Virus record (IMG/VR): IMGVR_UViG_3300020151_000200
Location: 1-58,443 of that record
DNA from: a virus
Lineage: Duplodnaviria > Caudoviricetes
DNA: 58,443 bases
Strand: one strand, 5' to 3'
The notes under the pieces were generated by a model. It saw only the letters and a list, made by a program, of their open reading frames with translations, made no database searches and was not told the DNA's origin. A program made the position numbers and the translations under genes. How positions within the stretch are numbered: the stretch's first letter is position 1; the number at the start of each line of letters is the position of its first letter. Positions 56,968 to 58,443 of this stretch are shown here, piece by piece.

Positions 56968-57161
56968 AATTTATTATCTTTTTCTATTAAACCTAATATG
57001 TAAGCATATACTGCTACTTCTTTGTCATGCGCTTTTTCTAATTCAATTGCTCTATCTGGATCTACTTTCCAGTACTTATCTAATTGTAAACTTTCACGCA
57101 TTAAGTTAAAGTATATTGCATAAATTTTATCTTGTGCTGCTTCTTTGATTTCTTTATCCAT
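56964..57161 (-). CDS. Hypothetical protein
   Basis: 65 aa, coupled to neighbours. Confidence 0.65.
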   Translation of the reverse strand: MDKEIKEAAQDKIYAIYFNLMRESLQLDKYWKVDPDRAIELEKAHDKEVAVYAYILGLIEKDNKL

Positions 57162-57162
57162 A

Positions 57163-57744
57163 TTAAAAATTATTTTTTACTGAATTCCATATAATTGCTT
57201 GATACTCAAAACCTTTTAAATCTTTTTCTTTAGCTTTGTTAATTGTTAATTCTTTGATCTGCGCATAAATAGTAGGCGTAGGCGTGTTATTTACTGTTTT
57301 GCCAAAGCAAGCACGCAAATGCCACACGTCAATAGTAATACAGTTCTCATCAAGATCAGCAATATTGCGAACAAAGTTAAACGTTTTTAAACTTTGCTCA
57401 GTGATTTGAGCTTTTCTTTGGCCTAATAGAAATGCTTTGTACTTATTTTTGTGGAATGTACAAACTTTGATATCGTCTGGTGAAAGATTGCAGTGTATAG
57501 CATTCAGCACGGTTATGGTATCTTTAATGTTTTGATTCCATTTATTACGTGGTGACAATGCACTTACAATACTTGCAACAACCGCAATAGGTACATTATA
57601 CTGTTTAGCTAGATCTTTACAAATATAATGTGCTTGCTTATACCATGCAATACCGTTATCAATATCGCTATCAGTTGCTAATGCAAAGTAATTATCTAAG
57701 TTACTATTTATTTCCGCTAATTGAATATCAGTTAATTGTTTCAT
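57163..57744 (-). CDS. Helical DNA-glycosylase-like phage protein
   Basis: G.AWY...SALSPRNKW..N...KTFNF..NI...TIDVWH.RA...QAIIW. Start taken at MKQLTD. Confidence 0.65.
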   Translation of the reverse strand: MKQLTDIQLAEINSNLDNYFALATDSDIDNGIAWYKQAHYICKDLAKQYNVPIAVVASIVSALSPRNKWNQNIKDTITVLNAIHCNLSPDDIKVCTFHKNKYKAFLLGQRKAQITEQSLKTFNFVRNIADLDENCITIDVWHLRACFGKTVNNTPTPTIYAQIKELTINKAKEKDLKGFEYQAIIWNSVKNNF

Positions 57745-57745
57745 G

Positions 57746-57907
57746 TTATTTCTTTTTAAATTGTTCAAACCAACTATAAAAGTTAGCTGTTCTTATTTTC
57801 CCTTGTGCTGTAACTAAACTACCTGTATCTCCATCATCTTTATGCGTAAGAGCTTTTTGTAATAATTCTAATACTTCTTCCTCACTATAACTTATTTCTT
57901 GTTTCAT
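57746..57907 (-). CDS. 53-aa protein, YSEEEV...WFEQFKKK type (not in ORF track)
   Basis: Manual translation MKQEISYSEEEVLELLQKALTHKDDGDTGSLVTAQGKIRTANFYSWFEQFKKK. Confidence 0.7.
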   Translation of the reverse strand: MKQEISYSEEEVLELLQKALTHKDDGDTGSLVTAQGKIRTANFYSWFEQFKKK

Positions 57908-57908
57908 G

Positions 57909-58382
57909 TTATTTAGGTCTAGTTATTATACTTTCGTTTGCGTTTTTTACATTTACTTTTTCTGCTTCATAATAATTCCAATATGCTTCTACACTATTGC
58001 CGGGAACTTTGTATTGATCAGGCATACATTGAGGCATGGGGGTTGGCTCAACTTTAGTTACATTAGCCGGAGCTTTGCATAATGCACCGCTACATTTTAA
58101 TATAGTTAAATGTTTTTTGCCGTAACGTCTAGTATACTCATTGCCTAATGCAATCATATGGTCGTATAACCATATATAGTTAGACACAGACTCACGTACC
58201 CATATTGCTGAAGGATGATTTTTATGCGTTGCTTTGTAAGGAACATCAGCAACTTCACCATCAGAAATAATATGCGCGGTACATAATAGTTGTGCAGACT
58301 CAAGGATCATTTTTACTACATGCTTATTATACATATACTTAGCCGCTTGATTAGGGTCTTCAGATAAATAAAATATATTCAT
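57909..58382 (-). CDS. Pyrimidine-dimer DNA glycosylase (DenV-like family)
   Basis: MNIFYL..DP...A....KHVVKMILESAQLL.TAH...YK.TH.NHP...W motifs. Confidence 0.8.
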   Translation of the reverse strand: MNIFYLSEDPNQAAKYMYNKHVVKMILESAQLLCTAHIISDGEVADVPYKATHKNHPSAIWVRESVSNYIWLYDHMIALGNEYTRRYGKKHLTILKCSGALCKAPANVTKVEPTPMPQCMPDQYKVPGNSVEAYWNYYEAEKVNVKNANESIITRPK

Positions 58383-58406
58383 AGTTAAATTGTTTTGGTT
58401 ACATTT

Positions 58407-58441
58407 ATATTATCATTATTTGATCGTGTCCAGACTGTAAG
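58407..58441 (-). promoter_or_regulatory. Early or middle promoter motif, copy 3
   Basis: CTTACAGTC-TGG-ACACGA-N8-TGATAATAT, upstream of the DenV-like gene. Confidence 0.75.
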
Positions 58442-58443
58442 CA

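Noticed and set aside
1-58443. Prophage, tRNA genes or host chromosomal DNA (suggested by groEL, thyA, nrdJ)
   Set aside because: No integrase, att site or tRNA cloverleaf recognised; these genes are divergent and embedded in tightly coupled phage operons.

Overview
This window is most of a lytic dsDNA tailed-phage genome, probably a podovirus of a Bacteroidota (Flavobacteriia-like) host. The host call is inferred from AT richness, A-rich start regions without Shine-Dalgarno sites, a Bacteroidota-type signal peptide and crAss-like TerL/portal/capsid/tail proteins. Two arms converge on a bidirectional terminator near 44.6 kb. The + arm (0.4-44.5 kb) carries small Lys-rich proteins, tail fibres, lysis genes, groEL-groES plus a second tandem-GroES gene, packaging, capsid and tail genes, and three ejection-type proteins ending in a 3293-aa multidomain protein. 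The - arm (44.6-58.4 kb, truncated at the window end) carries a 2OG-Fe(II) oxygenase, class II RNR, endonuclease I, MazG-type enzymes, a ThyA homologue, primase-helicase, SSB, exonuclease and ERF recombinase, a sigma factor, an HTH protein and a DenV-like glycosylase. I saw no DNA or RNA polymerase, integrase, tRNA or CRISPR array. Main leads: (1) a sigma70 region-2-like segment inside the giant virion protein, alongside two non-host-like promoter classes; (2) a ThyA homologue with Asn-to-Asp and His-to-Tyr changes that point to dCMP as substrate; (3) an ART-like domain nested in a HAD domain of the giant protein; (4) a recurrent [ST]P-hydrophobic-x-[QKM] motif in small proteins; (5) a dyad found both on the HTH gene start codon and at the non-coding left end. 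All assignments come from motifs read by eye; no searches were run.
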